From contig OZ024743.1 in the NCBI GenBank assembly GCA_964016885.1, positions 285,014,001 through 285,078,000 on the forward strand: 64,000 bases of DNA, read 5' to 3'. The position numbers and the translations under genes were made by a program. This DNA is from Eledone cirrhosa. Taxonomy: Eukaryota. The notes beneath the pieces are model-generated. The model ran no database searches and had not been told where the DNA came from. It saw nothing but the letters and a program-made list of their open reading frames with translations. This document shows, in pieces, positions 27,335-41,840 of this stretch (position 1 is its first letter; each line of letters begins with the position of its first letter).

Positions 27335-27999
27335 TGGTCGTAGAAGTCGCACTGATAGACACATTTTTCAAATGCGAGAGGGCGCTATAGAAGTGGTGGA
27401 TAGCTTCCGGTACCTAGGAGATCAGATTAGCATGGGAGGAGGGTGTTCCGAGGCCATAGTATCTAGAATAAGGACGGGTTGGAAGAAGTTTAGGGAGCTG
27501 CTTCCTCTGTTGACGAAGAAGGGTTTCTCCCTGCGTACGAAAGGCCGGTTGTATGATGCCTGTGTGAGGAGCGCGATGCTGCATGGTAGTGAGACATGGG
27601 CAGCAACCGCAGAGGATATGCGACGGCTGGAGAGAAATGAGGCAAGCATGCTCCATTGGATGTGCAGTGTAAATGTGCGTGAACGACCCAGCATAAATGT
27701 GTTGAGAGAGAAACTGTGTCTGAGAGGGATAGAATGTAGTGTACGGGAGAGGAGACTGAGGTGGTATGGACATGTGATGCGCATGGAGGATGACCGATGG
27801 GTGAAGAAGTGCCAGGAAATGCCAGTTGAAGGAAGACGTGGTAGAGGTAGACCACGAAAAACATGGGCGGAGGTGGTGAGAACAGACCTCAGATCATTGA
27901 AGCTCACGGTGGAGATGACGAGGGACCGTGACGAGTGGAGAGATGCCGTGCTGAATAAGACCCGTCCCACCCTTGCAAGCAGGGAAAAGCGGACGTAAA

Positions 28000-28030
<31 letters not shown>
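27335..28030 (+). mobile_element. 5'-truncated RTE LINE (second subfamily, very short 3' UTR)
   Basis: ORF 27306..27998 encodes the RT C-terminal region; ends gtcccacccttgcaagcagggaaaagcggacgtaaaa(tga)n. Confidence 0.88.
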
Positions 28031-28031
<1 letters not shown>

Positions 28032-28035
28032 ATAT

Positions 28036-28088
<53 letters not shown>

Positions 28089-28111
<23 letters not shown>

Positions 28112-30640
28112 CGCTATTACTTTTTTCGTGACCTTCATGACCTGGTCAATTAATTTAATTCCTCTATAGTTACACCTATCTAGGGCATCTCTTTTACCCT
28201 TGTAACAGTTAATGATAATTGTTTCTACTTTTGGCACAAGGCCATCAATTATCCCATTGCATTACTGGTACTTTATTTTATCGACCTCGTAAGGATGAAA
28301 GGCAAAGTCAACCTCGGCGGGATTTGAACTCAGATCGTAAAGGGACGTAACTATGCTGGAAAGCATGGTGTCTGACCCTCTACCGATACTGCCAATCCAC
28401 CACCCAGTTAATGATAATGCTGCTATGCCAGTCCTTCGGAACAACCCCATTTTGTATGACTTGGTTTACTATCCGGGTGACCATGGTGTGTCCCACCGTT
28501 CCAGAGGCTTTCATCATCTCATCAACTATTTCCGAAGGCCCAGCCGCCTTACCCGTCTTCATATCTTTGATTGCCTTACTTATTATACTACCTTCGACTA
28601 ACACTGCTGGTCCCTCTATTGGGTCGATGTGGGGGAGACTGTCTTTTTCCCATTTGTTCTCCTCATTTAGAAGCCTTTCGTAGTGACACTTCCAAGCTAC
28701 CTTCTTATCAGCGTCAGTGATGGCAAGTATGCCATCACCATTAAGTACACACTTCTCCCCAACAATATCACGGTTTTCCTTGACACATTGCCTAGCAATC
28801 CTGAACACCTCACGTTTTTGGTCCTCACGTTGTAGAACATGCTTGAACTTTCTTTCCTCTGCTTCCCTTCTTGCGAAGTACACTTGTCTCCTAGCTTCCC
28901 TCCTGGCCACTTGATAGTCTTCTCTACTTCCCCCATCCCACCATACTTTCCAAGCCTGCTTTTTGGCCTTAATTGACTCCTCCACCTTATTGTTCCACCA
29001 CCATGTTACTCTCCTCCTACCTACAGGCCTGCTCCAGCCACAGACTTCGTCTGCCGCCGTCAGCAGGTTTGCTTTCAGGAATTCCCACTGTTCCTCTATA
29101 TTATACGACTCTAATTGCTCTTCCTTACTGTCGAAAGCATCAAGTAATATGCTTTGAAATTTATTTCTGGCTATGGGGTCCTTTAGCTTCCATATTTTTC
29201 TCCTGAGGATAGTCCTCTTCTGCTGTCTAGTACGTCTCGTCCTGACTATGAGGTCGCTAATTATCAGTCTATGTTGGGAGGTGCATTCTTCATGGGGGAG
29301 GGATTTAGTGTTAACAACAGACACTCTGTCATGTCTTCTGGTAAGGATATAATCCACCTGGCTTGTGTGTTCCCCCAATCTATAGGTGATCAAGTGATTG
29401 TCTCGTTTTTTGAAGTTAGTGTTACAGATAGTTAGGTTATTTGCGTCACAGAATTCCAGGATTCTGGAGCCTTCCTCATTTCTAGTACCGAACCCATAGC
29501 CTCCATGGATTCCGTCATAGCCGTCACAATGTTGTCCAACGTGACCATTTAGGTCGCCTGCAATAATTATATAGTCACTGTCGGTTATTTGGGAGGTAGC
29601 GAGCATCAGTGTCTCATAGAATCTGTCTTTTATAGCGCCGGGCAGTCCGGATTGGGGTGAGTACGTAAATATTACTGTCACCGTAGTTCTATTGAGGACA
29701 AGTCTTAATTATTCTGTCGTTCACTCTATTTACGTCTATTATCTTATCTGCCCACTTTTCTGCTACCATGATTCCTACTCCACCCAGCCCATTGTCATTT
29801 CCCACCCAGAAAAGCTTATAGCATCGTTCTTTACCCACGATGAATCTAGCAGACCCTCCCCTCCATCTGGTCTCTTGAATACAACAAACATCGACCTCCT
29901 TACGTTCAAGCATTTCTACAACCTCGTTAGAGCGACCCTTTAAGGTGCCTACATTCATGGTACCAACTCTGAAGTTTTGGATTGCGTTTGGAGGGTGGGA
30001 GCGGTGGGGCGCGGGGGGGGGGGTTATGTTAGCCATCCACAGTCGAAACAAGGAGGAGGAGTGCTTGCATTCTCGTCCACGAGGTGAATTTGTCTTTATC
30101 TTTGGCATTGTCGCTGAGCATCCAGATTTTTCTCTCTTCAACTCTCCAGAATTCCGTAGTCCATCCATCATATCGAAAAGCAACCAGTTAAGCGATAGTA
30201 TGGGCCTCTGACTTATGATTGGTCCACGTAATAATGGTGGTGCGTGGGGGCGGGAAGGAGGGATGTTGGGTAGTTAGCGAGAAGGTAAGGTTTAAAATAA
30301 GATCCCCGTATTTTGGGCATAATTTAACAATAAACGAAAATACAAGATTTGTTTTGTTTAGGAAAATACGATAGAGAAAATGCGATGATAGAGGAAATAC
30401 GATTTTAGAGAAAAAATATGATATATGATATAGAATGGCGAATGAATGGATTAGAATGGAGAGAAGAATGGAGAAAATATTTGAACGTTACATTATACCG
30501 AGGAAACAGCCATACCAGGATAGCGATTTGTCGATTTTGATTTTTTTCGTATTTGGTAGGGTTTATCTTATATGTATAGAGAGGGGGGGGGGGGGCGGGG
30601 AAGAACCAGCATGATGTATGGGTGGGGGGTAGAAGATAGG
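28089..30640 (-). mobile_element. RTE LINE 5' half (5' UTR, APE, start of RT), inverted relative to the adjoining 3' half
   Basis: ORFs 29689..30183 (VGTMNVGTL, CCIQETRW) and 28380..29681 (GDLNGHVG, QVDYIL, TWWWN). RT continues at 28089-28219 (CYKGK..NYRGIKL) beyond a SINE insertion. Confidence 0.88.
28220..28404 (-). mobile_element. tRNA-derived SINE inserted in the RTE with a 14-bp TSD
   Basis: TSD cagttaatgataat at 28206-28219 and 28405-28418; box B gagttcaaatcc; 3' part matches 57511-57628. Confidence 0.88.
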
Positions 30641-30644
30641 ATGG

Positions 30645-31978
30645 AGTCATAGCTGAGTCAATGACCGAGCTAGAGAAGAAATTCCAAACATGGAAGCACG
30701 GCCTAGAATCAAAAGGCTTTAAAATTAACCTGGCTAAGACTAAAGTTCTAGTTTGTAGGAAAGAAAATAAGGCGGCGGTCCCTTCCGGGAAATGGCCATG
30801 CTCAGTGTGTAGGAAAGGCGTAGGTAGAAACTCCATTTTATGTCCCAAATGCAAAGTATGGGTGCATAAAAGATGTAGTGGGATCACAGGTAAGCTAACT
30901 AAGAACATAGATTTTACATGTGGCCAGTGCTCTGGTGCAATAAGTAGCAGCAAGTGCCCACAAAATACTAGCCCTTTCAATTGCGCAGAGGGTTCTATAG
31001 AAATAGTGGACAGCTTCCGTTACCTGGGTGACAAAATCAGCAGTGGGGGGAGGGTGCTCTGAAAGTACAGTAGCTAGAGTCAGAACTGGATAGAAAAAGT
31101 TCAGAGAGCTTATACCACTATTAACCGCTAAAGGGTTCTCCCTAAAAATGAAAGGCAGGTTGTATGATGCCTGCATACGAACAGCAATGTTGCATGGCAG
31201 TGAGACCTGGGCATTGTGTGCAGAGGATATACGCAGACTAGAGAGGAACGAAGCTTGCATGCTCCACTGGATGTGTAATAGTAATATACGTGAACGGCAA
31301 AGCATAAACGAACTAAGGAAAAAATTAGAAATAAGAGGGATCAGATGTTGTTTACTCGAGAGAAGGCTACATTGGTATGGTCACGTGATGCGCATGAAAG
31401 ACGACAGCTGTATAACAAAGTGCAGGGCAATAAAGATAGACGGTAGCCACGGAGTAGGCAGACCCAGAAAAACCTGGGACGACTTGATAAATTCCGACCT
31501 CACACGCTTACACCTCTCCAAGACAATGTCACTGGACCGAGACCTTTGGCGGTACTCGGTAATAGAGAAGACCCGCCTTACCTAAATACAAAGTAAAACC
31601 TACTACAGTCAGTAGGCATCTCTAACAAAACACACCCCCGTCCCACCACCCCCACCCCATCCACACTGCCCCTTTCAATGTAAAGTTATGTTGGTGCCAC
31701 AACATCCAGGCCGAAACAAATGAGATCGTGTAGGTGTCATGACAAAAAAACACACAGTCCACGCTGTAATGTGGCCGTGTAGGCAACACGGTAAAAACCT
31801 CCCAGCCCCACACTGTAAATGTGGTTGGTGTTAGGAAGGGCATCCAGCTGTAGAAAACCCGCCAGACAGTCCTATGCGAGCAAGACAATCACTCTTGCCT
31901 CAAGTGGGAAAACCCCCGTCCAAACCCATGCAAGCGTGGAACACGGACATTAAACATTGATGATGATGATGAGGATGA
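30645..31978 (+). mobile_element. RTE LINE 3' half (end of RT, PHD finger, C-terminus, 3' UTR)
   Basis: ORFs 30661..31062 and 31148..31585; (GAT)n tail followed by (TA)n. Confidence 0.9.
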
Positions 31979-32048
31979 TATATATATATATATATATCTA
32001 TATATATATATATATATATATATCTATATATATATATATATATATATA

Positions 32049-32083
<35 letters not shown>

Positions 32084-32124
32084 TCATCATCATCATCATC
32101 AACGTTTAATGTCAGTTGCTACAG

Positions 32125-32290
32125 TATACACAGCTGAAAATGAGTACCAGCAATAGCTGGGGGTTTAACCCTTCAATGGGCTGGCGTCCTATCCATGGGG
32201 GAGTCTGGTACTCTCAGTCACTTCATACCATGAAACCGGGATAAGCACCGGGCAAATGAGCCCTCTGACTTAAGACAGACTTTAGACTTT
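32125..32290 (+). mobile_element. Probable V-domain-type SINE fragment
   Basis: aatgagtaccagc..aaccct..atgggctggcgtcctatccatggggg..gaaaccgggataagc resembles the V-SINE central domain as recalled; not verified. Confidence 0.45.
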
Positions 32291-32304
32291 ATATATTATC
32301 ACAG

Positions 32305-32770
32305 CTTTACGTCCGTTCTTCCACACTAGCATGGGTTAGACAGGTTGTCCTGTTGTGAGCAATGTCCGGTCAGCTGACCATTCCTTGCTCATACGAGAAC
32401 TGATTCTTGCTTGATTTCTACAGCTGGATGCCCTTCCTAACACCAACCTCATTTACAGTGAGTGCTGGGTGCTTTTTTTCCGTAGCGCCTACATGTCCAC
32501 TTTACAGTGTGGGCTGGGTGCTTTTTTGCCGTTGCACCTCCACGACCACTTTGCAGTGAGAGGGTGTGGGGGAATATTGTCTATATGTTTCAGCTTCGGC
32601 TTGTACCCATGGGGGGTCGAGTCTTCTGTATTACTGCGTGACACCAGAGGTCACGGTCATGTGTCATCGCCTTTGAGAGGTGTAATTAAGTAAGGTCGGC
32701 TTTTATCACCTCATCCCAGGTCTTCTTGAGTCTCCCCACTCCGCGGTTTCCATTGACTTCTAGTGCTCTC
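32305..32770 (-). mobile_element. RTE LINE 3' fragment (52.8-55.9 kb subfamily)
   Basis: Reverse complement of ~55445-55895. Confidence 0.82.
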
Positions 32771-33733
32771 ATCATCATCGTTTAACATCTATCTTCCATG
32801 CTAGCATGGGTCTCATATATATATATATATAGTAAGAAAAACAATACAGTTTTGTTTACATGTATTTATGTTTTTTATTGTATATCAACCTATTACATGT
32901 GTTTCACAGAGGATTGGCTCAAGGTAACCCATGGAAGTTATGGACCTAACTTCAGTATTAATCTGCTCCTCTGGCTGGCGATTCAACAAAAGATAGAGTG
33001 TGTTTATATATATATATACACCCATTCTAAGAAGGCCTATCAGACTATGTATACTTGTTTCTCACCTCAGACAAACTAATAAAATAACTGATGAGAGCAG
33101 ATCTCGAAACACTAAACCTCACAGAGGTAATGACAAAAAACTATGAGTGGAAGGAGACTGTACTGGAAAAGACCCATCCAACCCATACAAGCATTAAAAA
33201 AAAAACGAATGATGATAATAAAGAGCAATAAGAAAATTTGATAATGACTGTAACAAAAGGAATTTTATTTGATATTTCAGCTTTGTTGCAATGGAGGGAT
33301 ATTCCTCATCATCATTATCATCATCATCATTATCATCATCCTCATTTAACATCCATTTTCCCTACTAGCAAAGGTTAGTCGGGTCAACATAGACAAAGTC
33401 AGTACTGAAGCGGGCTACTGATCTCCCAGACAGACCGAGGGGTCTGTATCCCACTTAGTTATGGTCATATCAAGTGTAGAGAAGTTGTTGTGTCTTTTAA
33501 CACAAACTGAAGGGTCCTGCTAACCCTTTATTTGGCAAGTTTTCTACGGCTGGATACCCTTCTTATCACCAACCACTTTACATCATATACTGGGTGTGTT
33601 TATTGTGTAGATCACCAACATGTATAATACAATTCATGTATATTTTATGTAATATCTGTTATTTAACCATCAATGCATAACAAACCACAAAAGCATTGTT
33701 TTAATTATTAACAAAGAAATTATATATTTTCAG

Positions 33734-33797
33734 CAATCTATGGAATTTGGTTCTATGATAAAGATGATTGTACCCGTGTGGGGCAGCTGATAAACAG
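33734..33797 (+). CDS. DCP1: DCP1-like mRNA-decapping subunit, internal exon (end of EVH1 domain)
   Basis: ttttcag|CAATCTATGG...AAACAG|gtaaaa. Translates to (A)IYGIWFYDKDDCTRVGQLIN(S), matching the DCP1 EVH1 C-terminal motif IYxIWFYDKxxC. Phase 1 in, phase 2 out. Confidence 0.92.
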
Positions 33798-34842
33798 GTA
33801 AAATTTATGTTTCTTCTAACCAGTTTCAAGTCCACTATCTGTATGGGAGGGGTACAAACAGGCTTGTGCAGAGTCAATAATACGGCCAGGTTAAAAGTAA
33901 AATGTAACTCCACCACACACAGCTGATAATAAACCCAGGCTGGATGTGAAATGTAGGCTTCATTTCAAGCTATTTTTAAGTATTTTTAGTAATCAGTACT
34001 AAATATATATCATTGATGTATGTATTAAAGGAATATATGTGTACATGTAGAGTTTATGATGTACATATAAGTAAGAGAACAGAATAGAAGACAGAATTTG
34101 AAGTAATTAAGCCCTCACAAATTCGTTGACCGAAGCTATTTGCTCCCTCAAATTTGTTGACTCAAGCTAATTGTTTCTTCTCTCCAGTCAGGTCTGAGTT
34201 GACCCTGTTTCATTACCAGTATCAACAAACTCATGTATGAAAGGCAAGAAAATTTACTCTGGGAATCTTGGAATTCAGGATCATTCATTTTCATTTTATG
34301 TCCACTTTTCCCTGCTTGCAAGGGTGGGACGGGAACTGATTCTGGCTTGATTTTTACAGCTTGATGCCCTTCCTAACACCAACCTCATTTACAGTGAGTG
34401 CTGGGTGCTTTTTTGCCGTGGCACCTCCACGACCACTTTGCAGTGGAATGATAGGGACCCCAGCTTGTATGCATGCATTGGACAAGTGAGATGTATCAGA
34501 TGTGGAAGGTGGGAGAAGAGACAGTGCATGAGTGCATGAAGGGGATTGGAGAGATGAGTCTAAAGAGTGGTACTTAGCTGGTGATGGGTGGAGTGTTAAG
34601 ACATGGGAGGTGTAGACAAAGTGCTTTTTGTTGGGGCAGCAGCATTATGGAAGTGGGATAGCAGATTTGGAGCATGTACTACTTTCCCTGCTGCTTGTAT
34701 GTAGGGGTTTTGTGTGATTAGAGAGGTCACACTCAGTTTAATTAATAAATACTAAATGCAACTTTTTATTTTTCACTGCTAATGTGACTTTTTAAAATTA
34801 AAACTTACTATTTATAAATAAATATGATATTGCTCTCTTACT

Positions 34843-34876
<34 letters not shown>

Positions 34877-34883
34877 CTATCTA

Positions 34884-34920
<37 letters not shown>

Positions 34921-36295
34921 TCAGTAATAACATATATCATTACTGCCATCATCAGTTTTTACATCCACTTTCCATGTGATATATAGTATATATCTATCTA
35001 TCCATCTATCTCATGCCTTTGACACAACTGAAGGGCCCTTCCAAACCTTTGTTTAGCAAGTTTTCTATAACTGGATGCCCTTTCTATCACCAACCACTAT
35101 GTACTGGGTGCAGTTTTCGTGTAAATCACTAGAGAGGTGATTATGTCATTGACACAACTAAAGGGTCCTCTCAAACCTTTTAGGCATGGTTTCTACAGCC
35201 AGGTACCCTTCCTGTAGAAACCATATCTTTCATTTGCTTAATGTTATGAAGACAGAGCTAAGCACTTGGCCCTAAAAATCTACTGCCACTGTGATTTGTG
35301 AGACATTGTATTATATTCTATGAGAGTTCAAGGAGGTGAAAGATTTTTTTGTTGTTTTTTTCCAGATAGTTATAGAATTTATTATTTCTTGGTAAGTAGA
35401 AATGGGATCCGAAAAACAGAATGACCTTCTAATAATCATCATTTATATAAGTGAAATGGTTATAGCTAAGTAACTCTCCTAGCTATGGCCATGTCTTAAT
35501 GACTTTGGTTTCTGGCAGCACTTATGTCACTAATGATCTAGAGCTACACATGGACATCATACAGTCTCAGGTTGCACTTAACTAAGTAAGAAATAATGTA
35601 TGAGAATGTATGAAATACATAGAGAATGGAGAGAAAAACTTAATGTGTGTGTATGAAATGGAGAGAATGAGTGAGAGAGAAAGAGAGGAAGAGTCAATGT
35701 GTATGCATATGAGAATGTGTTATAAGGTGAGAATATCTCTTAGACAGATAGTGTGTGTGTGTGATACACAGAGAGACATGATATGTGTTTGATATACAGA
35801 AATAGAGTGAGATTTGTGAGAGAGGCAAAGAGACAATGTATATGAAAAATGGAGAGTATAAAAGCAAGTGGAAGAGAGAAGCAATATATTAACATCAGCA
35901 TGTGAAAGGCAGAATGTGTATGTTGGATAGAGAGAGAGAGAAAGATAGAATGAAAGAAAGGAAGATACAGAAATAACATAATGTGTGTGGGAAAGAGATG
36001 TGTTGAGGGCTATAGAAAATAAGAAGAAAAGAACATATATGTGGAAGAGTGTAGAAAAAAGTACTTTTTTTAGTACACTTGTGTGTGTATGTGTTCATAG
36101 GTAATTGAAAAAGAGTATGAATGAATATGTAAATAATTGAATATTTCTAAGGGGATGGTTCAAAATTAACCTAAAGAATTCATTGTTGGAATTTATACAG
36201 CAACAATTGTAGAGTTACATGATAAACTTTAAAAAGTCATGCATATTTTTATTGTTTCATTTACTGTACAAATTTTCAGAATACATTTTAGATAG

Positions 36296-36581
36296 TGAAG
36301 TTCATAGAAAGTGTAGGAAAATTCAGACAGAGAATAACTGTGAATACACTTGGTTGCTATGAATAGCTTAGAAAATCAGGTAAAGACACCTTATGGATGG
36401 AAAAAAGTGGCCAGCAGTCAGATATGGAATTCTCTTCTTCATATGATTACTGACCACTTTTTTCCAATCTATAAAGGGTCTTTATCCAATTTTCTAAGCT
36501 ATTTATAGCAACTAACATCAACCAATTGTATTTACAGTTGTTTTCTGTGTCTGAATTTCCTTACATTTTCTATGAACTTCA
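36296..36581. repeat. ~285-bp imperfect foldback (MITE-like)
   Basis: tgaagttcatagaaa...aaaaaagtggccag pairs with ctgaccactttttt...tttctatgaacttca, with a short central spacer. Confidence 0.75.
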
Positions 36582-36954
36582 TAACCTCTCAGCAGATTGA
36601 GAGTTCAAAGTTTGCATTTTAGATAGTCTTTTTATTTGCGTAAAATCCCCAAAACTTTTCAATATTATTTTATAAATAAGCAAATGCATGTGTATGAATT
36701 GGAAGTTATTAATTTCATAAAAATTATCTTACTGATTCTGAATAAAATGTTCACATCTGACAGGGATCTGACCATCACAACAATACATATGTGAGAGTGT
36801 GCAGGTATGTGTAAATATATGTGTATGGATATTTGTATTACGTGAATATGTGTCTGTATGTGTGTGTGTGTATGTATATGCAGAACATGAGGAAATGTGT
36901 GGACTTGATACTGTGTTTCTTTACGTTTCTGTGTATTGTGATGTGCATGAATGA

Positions 36955-36998
<44 letters not shown>

Positions 36999-37399
36999 AA
37001 GAAAATGAAAGAGGAAATGAGAGAGAGATACATGTTTGAAAAACATGAAAAGAAACACAAAAATTAAAATGTGCGTATTTCTGTGTGTATGTGTGTATAT
37101 TTGTGTGTGTGTGTGGATATGAGAGAAATACAAAAGATAATGAAAATAATAAAGTGGATTGTTTTTGTTTTCATAATGGCGGTGATTATGATTATAGTTG
37201 TGGTTTGTTCTGGTAGTGGAGGCAGGAGGAGGAGGGGAGGAGGAGAAGGAAGAGGAGGAAACAATGACAGTGAAGATGTCTGAACAAATCCTGTCTATAA
37301 ATGGCTGAAAGTGATTACATATATAATGTCTAAATGTGAAAATATCCAGAGTTATAATTAAATTTACCCACTTGTCTACAGTCTTATCACCTGTCTACC

Positions 37400-37580
37400 T
37401 ATCTACCACCACAACAACCATTGGTACAAACAACATCACCACCACTAACAATGGTACAAGCAACATCACCATTACTAACAATGGTACAAGCAACATCACC
37501 ACCACTACCATTGGTACAACTATTACTACCACAACAACCATTGGCACAAGCCCCACCACCATTGGCACAACCACACAAAT
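37400..37580. repeat. ~33-bp minisatellite on an (ACC/ACA)n background
   Basis: Repeated ...caatggtacaagcaacatcaccacc... units. Confidence 0.7.
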
Positions 37581-37727
37581 AACTCCCCAACCCCCTTCTC
37601 TCAGCTTCAATCCTAAAACTCTATAATACTTCTAAAGAAATATTTTTATAGTTATTCAATAAAGAAAGAAATTAAATGCCAGTTTCATGGCAGACTGTTC
37701 ACTTATAAACTTTTTTTTTCCCCTTCT

Positions 37728-37877
37728 TTAACCCTATAGCATTTAAACCGACCATATCCGGCCATATCTGGCCAGAATTCTCTCAGCTCTTTCTGTTGAA
37801 ACTCATACTGATATTAAGTTATTGTACTGTGAAAATATAATAGTAAATATAGAGTAATGTAAATGCTAAAGGGTTAA
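37728..37877 (+). mobile_element. piggyBac-type MITE (internally deleted) with TTAA TSD
   Basis: TTAA-CCCTATAGCATTTA...TAAATGCTAAAGGG-TTAA. Confidence 0.82.
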
Positions 37878-38902
37878 ACAGCTTTTCCTTTATCATATTT
37901 TTTTTCAAGATTTTTTGGGAGTAAGGACAGGGTCTGCTTTTGAAAGGGTATTTGGAGTAATGTTACTCAATAGGGTACATTGCTTGGAGATTAGGGTATC
38001 ACTTCAAGTAGAGCCATTATTTCTTTCCATCAAAAGATTACAGATCTGATACAAATGACATGTACAAAGCCAACTGGTAGGAGACCCAAAAGTAGACCAT
38101 GAGCAAGATGGTTCAATAATATCCATAAGCCCAGTTGGTCTCATTTGGAGATCCAGCTGGATCAGTTTAAGACAGTTGCTTCTGATAGGACCTTCTGGAA
38201 GGTATATGATATGTATGTATGTCTCCATATATGTTAACCTAATATATTCTTTCCATATACTGTACCAATTGTGTTGTTATTTCTGTTTACTTTTTACATA
38301 CATATATATGTGTGTGTGTGTATATATATATATTTGCATTAATGTATGTATACATACATGCTAATACAAAAACATATGTATGCTTATAGCATATATATAT
38401 ATATATTTATATATATGTAAATATGTATGCATGTATAAATGTGTGTGTATCATATTTAATATAGAAATGGGTTCTTCAGGACTAGAATTGTTTCATTCGA
38501 AAGAAATCGTCAAGAAAGACAACTGTCCCTGCAAAACAGTTGCATTTATGTTTTCTGGGGGTTAGGGAAGGTGATGATTTTGGGGGATGGATAGAGATCA
38601 TTGGCCAAGGAGTTTTAAAGAACAAGGATTCTTTGAAAAAAACATTTTTAGAAATATAGACAATAATACAATGAGACAAATAAAAGACAAAGTTCACATT
38701 CACACTCACTTACCCGTACACACCAATGGCCACACATTTCAGAGTTAATTTATTCTAAGTAAACAAAAAGAGACTGATAATTGTTAGGATTTGGCAAAAT
38801 AATTGTTGGTATCAATGGGTTATTGACAAATCAATTAGTGGTGAGGGCGGTGGAATTTGCAACAATAGCCACAACATATATATGTATATATATTAATATC
38901 TA

Positions 38903-39004
<102 letters not shown>

Positions 39005-39794
39005 TTCTTCCTAGGGACTTTAGACTGAAAACTGACCACTAATTGACATTGTATATATATATATATATGGTTAGTTTCTCAGTCTAAAGTCCTTAGGAAG
39101 AATGAGTGGCCAAAGAATGTTTGTATAAACCGAAAACAACATGTGTGTATGTTTACATATATATAAATCTATATATACGCATGTACATGAACACACACTC
39201 CCATATATATATTGAGTGAGTGTGAATGACTGAAGCTCATTTTTGCTAGTCTGTGGATGTGTATATTTTACAAAGTACTTTATATTTTTTTATTGGAGAA
39301 GGTAAGATATTCTTCATATTTTCTATAATCTATATTTTAACTCTACAATTTTACAGTCACTTGCATACTCTACTGTAAAGAGTATGTGCCAAGATTTGGT
39401 TATACTTCTACAATACATGATATTTTAACAAATTTTGATACAATTTTCACTTGAATAAGAATATGTTGGATTAACTACAAAAGTTAACTCATGAAATAGA
39501 TGTTTTTAAAGTTGATCCAAGTTTTCTAACACTTGTTTTATTAAGGTTATTTCCTCAAGTAATTAAACCATTCTCTTCTAAGTGAAAATGTTTATTTGTG
39601 CAATACATTATATATTCTAGTAGGGGTTGTAATAATTACTGTTATCTACCTTGGCAAGTATCTTATAAAGTATATCATCAAAAATCATATCATTCTACAT
39701 CAACCAATCTACATGCAGTACATATTTCCTATAAAATACCAAAATAGGTTAACTACTCATATTTTGAACTGACCTTGTGTCCTCTCCCTCTCAC

Positions 39795-39881
<87 letters not shown>

Positions 39882-40114
39882 GTGTGAAATCCTTGGTACA
39901 TTTAGCTATATTTAAAAAAAAGGAAAAGAATGGCTTTACTTGTAGTTCTAAACAATTTCATTTAATTCTATAATATTATAATTTTACAATTTAGTTTGGT
40001 AGGTCTAGTAAGTTCTTTGTTAACTTTGGTGGGGAAATTTTTAAAAGATTCTTGGTTAACTTTCCTGAAGAACTTTCTCGTATTTGTCGGTATAATTATA
40101 TATATATATAATTA

Positions 40115-40702
40115 TAAGCATAAATGAATTGAGAGAGAGACTGAGCATAAGAGGAATCAAATGCTGTGTGCAGGAGAGGCGGTTGCGTTGGTATGGACAT
40201 GTGATGCGTATGAAGGATGACAGCTGCATAAAAAGGTGCAGAGCACTAGAAGTCAATGGAAACCGCGGATTGGGGAGACCCAAGAAGACCTGGGATGAGG
40301 TGATAAAAGCCGACCTTACCCAATTACACCTCTCAAAGGTGATGACACACGACCGTGACCTCTGGCGTCATGCAGTAATACAGAGTACCCGACCTCCCAT
40401 GGGTACAAGCTGAAGCATATAGACAATATGCCCCACACCCTCCCACTGCAAAGTGGTCGTGGAGGTGCCACGGCAAAAACGCACCCAGCCCACACTGTAA
40501 AGTGGACATGTAGGCGCCACGGAAAAAAGCACCCAGCACTCACTGTAAATGAGGTTGGTGTTAGGAAGGGCATCCAGCTGTAGAAATCAAGCCAAAATCA
40601 GTTCCTGTATGAGCAAGGCATGGTCAGCCCACCAGACACTGCCCACAACAGGACAACCCGTCTAACCCATGCTAGCATGGAAGAACGGACGATGATGATG
40701 AT
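40115..40702 (+). mobile_element. RTE LINE 3' fragment
   Basis: ORF 40129..40413 is nearly identical to the C-terminus of 53547..55619; same 3' UTR. Confidence 0.88.
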
Positions 40703-41137
40703 GTGAAGAATAAACAGACAAAATTTACCTAACTTTTCTTCATAGTCCAGAGGAATTAACTAAATAGATAATCAATTCATCTGAGCTAAATCTAAAATAT
40801 AAGTGTGAAGAAAAAATAGATAAATGTTACCAAATTATTCTCCGTTAGTCCCAACTGCTGGCAGTTTTGCTTGTGCTGTGTAGCAAAGTGCAAGTTTGTT
40901 GCAATTGCACTTTCTCTATAAGGCTTCAAGCTTTTCAAGAGACTCCCTCAATTAAGACTAGTTTTTTTCTAAAGTGATCGCTGCCAGTAATAGATTCAAA
41001 AGGGGGAAATCATCACGTGGCTAATGGTCAAGATAGAAAGGTAGGGGAGAGGAGGCAGGTGACAAGTAAAAACATTGCTAGAAGAAACAGTCAATTACCA
41101 CCTAATTTTTAAGATATATATATATTGGTGGAGTTGG

Positions 41138-41169
<32 letters not shown>

Positions 41170-41840
41170 CATTTAAGAGAGAGAGAGGTTGCTAATTTGG
41201 AACTTCTATGAAAATTATAGGAATTTTTATCATTTGATTGAAATTTCTATATATTGTTTACAATTATTGAAATATATATGGAATTAAATATTCCTAATAG
41301 TATTATAACATAGGATTTATTTTTTCTATACACTTGTATTCTTATTGCATTTTTCAAAAATTTTACATTTTTACCTTTTGCCATTGTATTCACATAAGGG
41401 TTGAAATATAATACATTCATGTATAGGACACCCGAGGAAAAGTTATGCAATAGAAAAACTATGAAAAATCAGATTTTCACTTTTTACCTGCAAATGTAGA
41501 TATCAAAAGTATATAGAGCAGAAATAATGCAGACACCAAATATTTAGTTTTAAGAATTATTGCTTGTAGTCAAGCCATTTCTTGAAGATAAAAGTTGAAG
41601 GAGATAATGTTCCGAATTTTGTTTTTGATATCACTTGCATAAAAAATGATAATATAAGGCTGTGAGGGTGAATAATACTATTTGTCTGGTTTAATTTATA
41701 TTAGTAGTATATTTATCCTAGTCATCCTAGTAATTTATTAGTAATTATATATTGAAAAATTGTATATGTTCATTTTTCAAAATATGGGTTATTTTTAATT
41801 AAGTTTTAACCTTGAATATCAAGAATATTACCCTTACCAA

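Noticed and set aside
33088-33110. CTGATGA-gagcagatctc-GAAAC hammerhead core
   Set aside because: Core and a short stem II are present, but I could not find partners for stems I and III.
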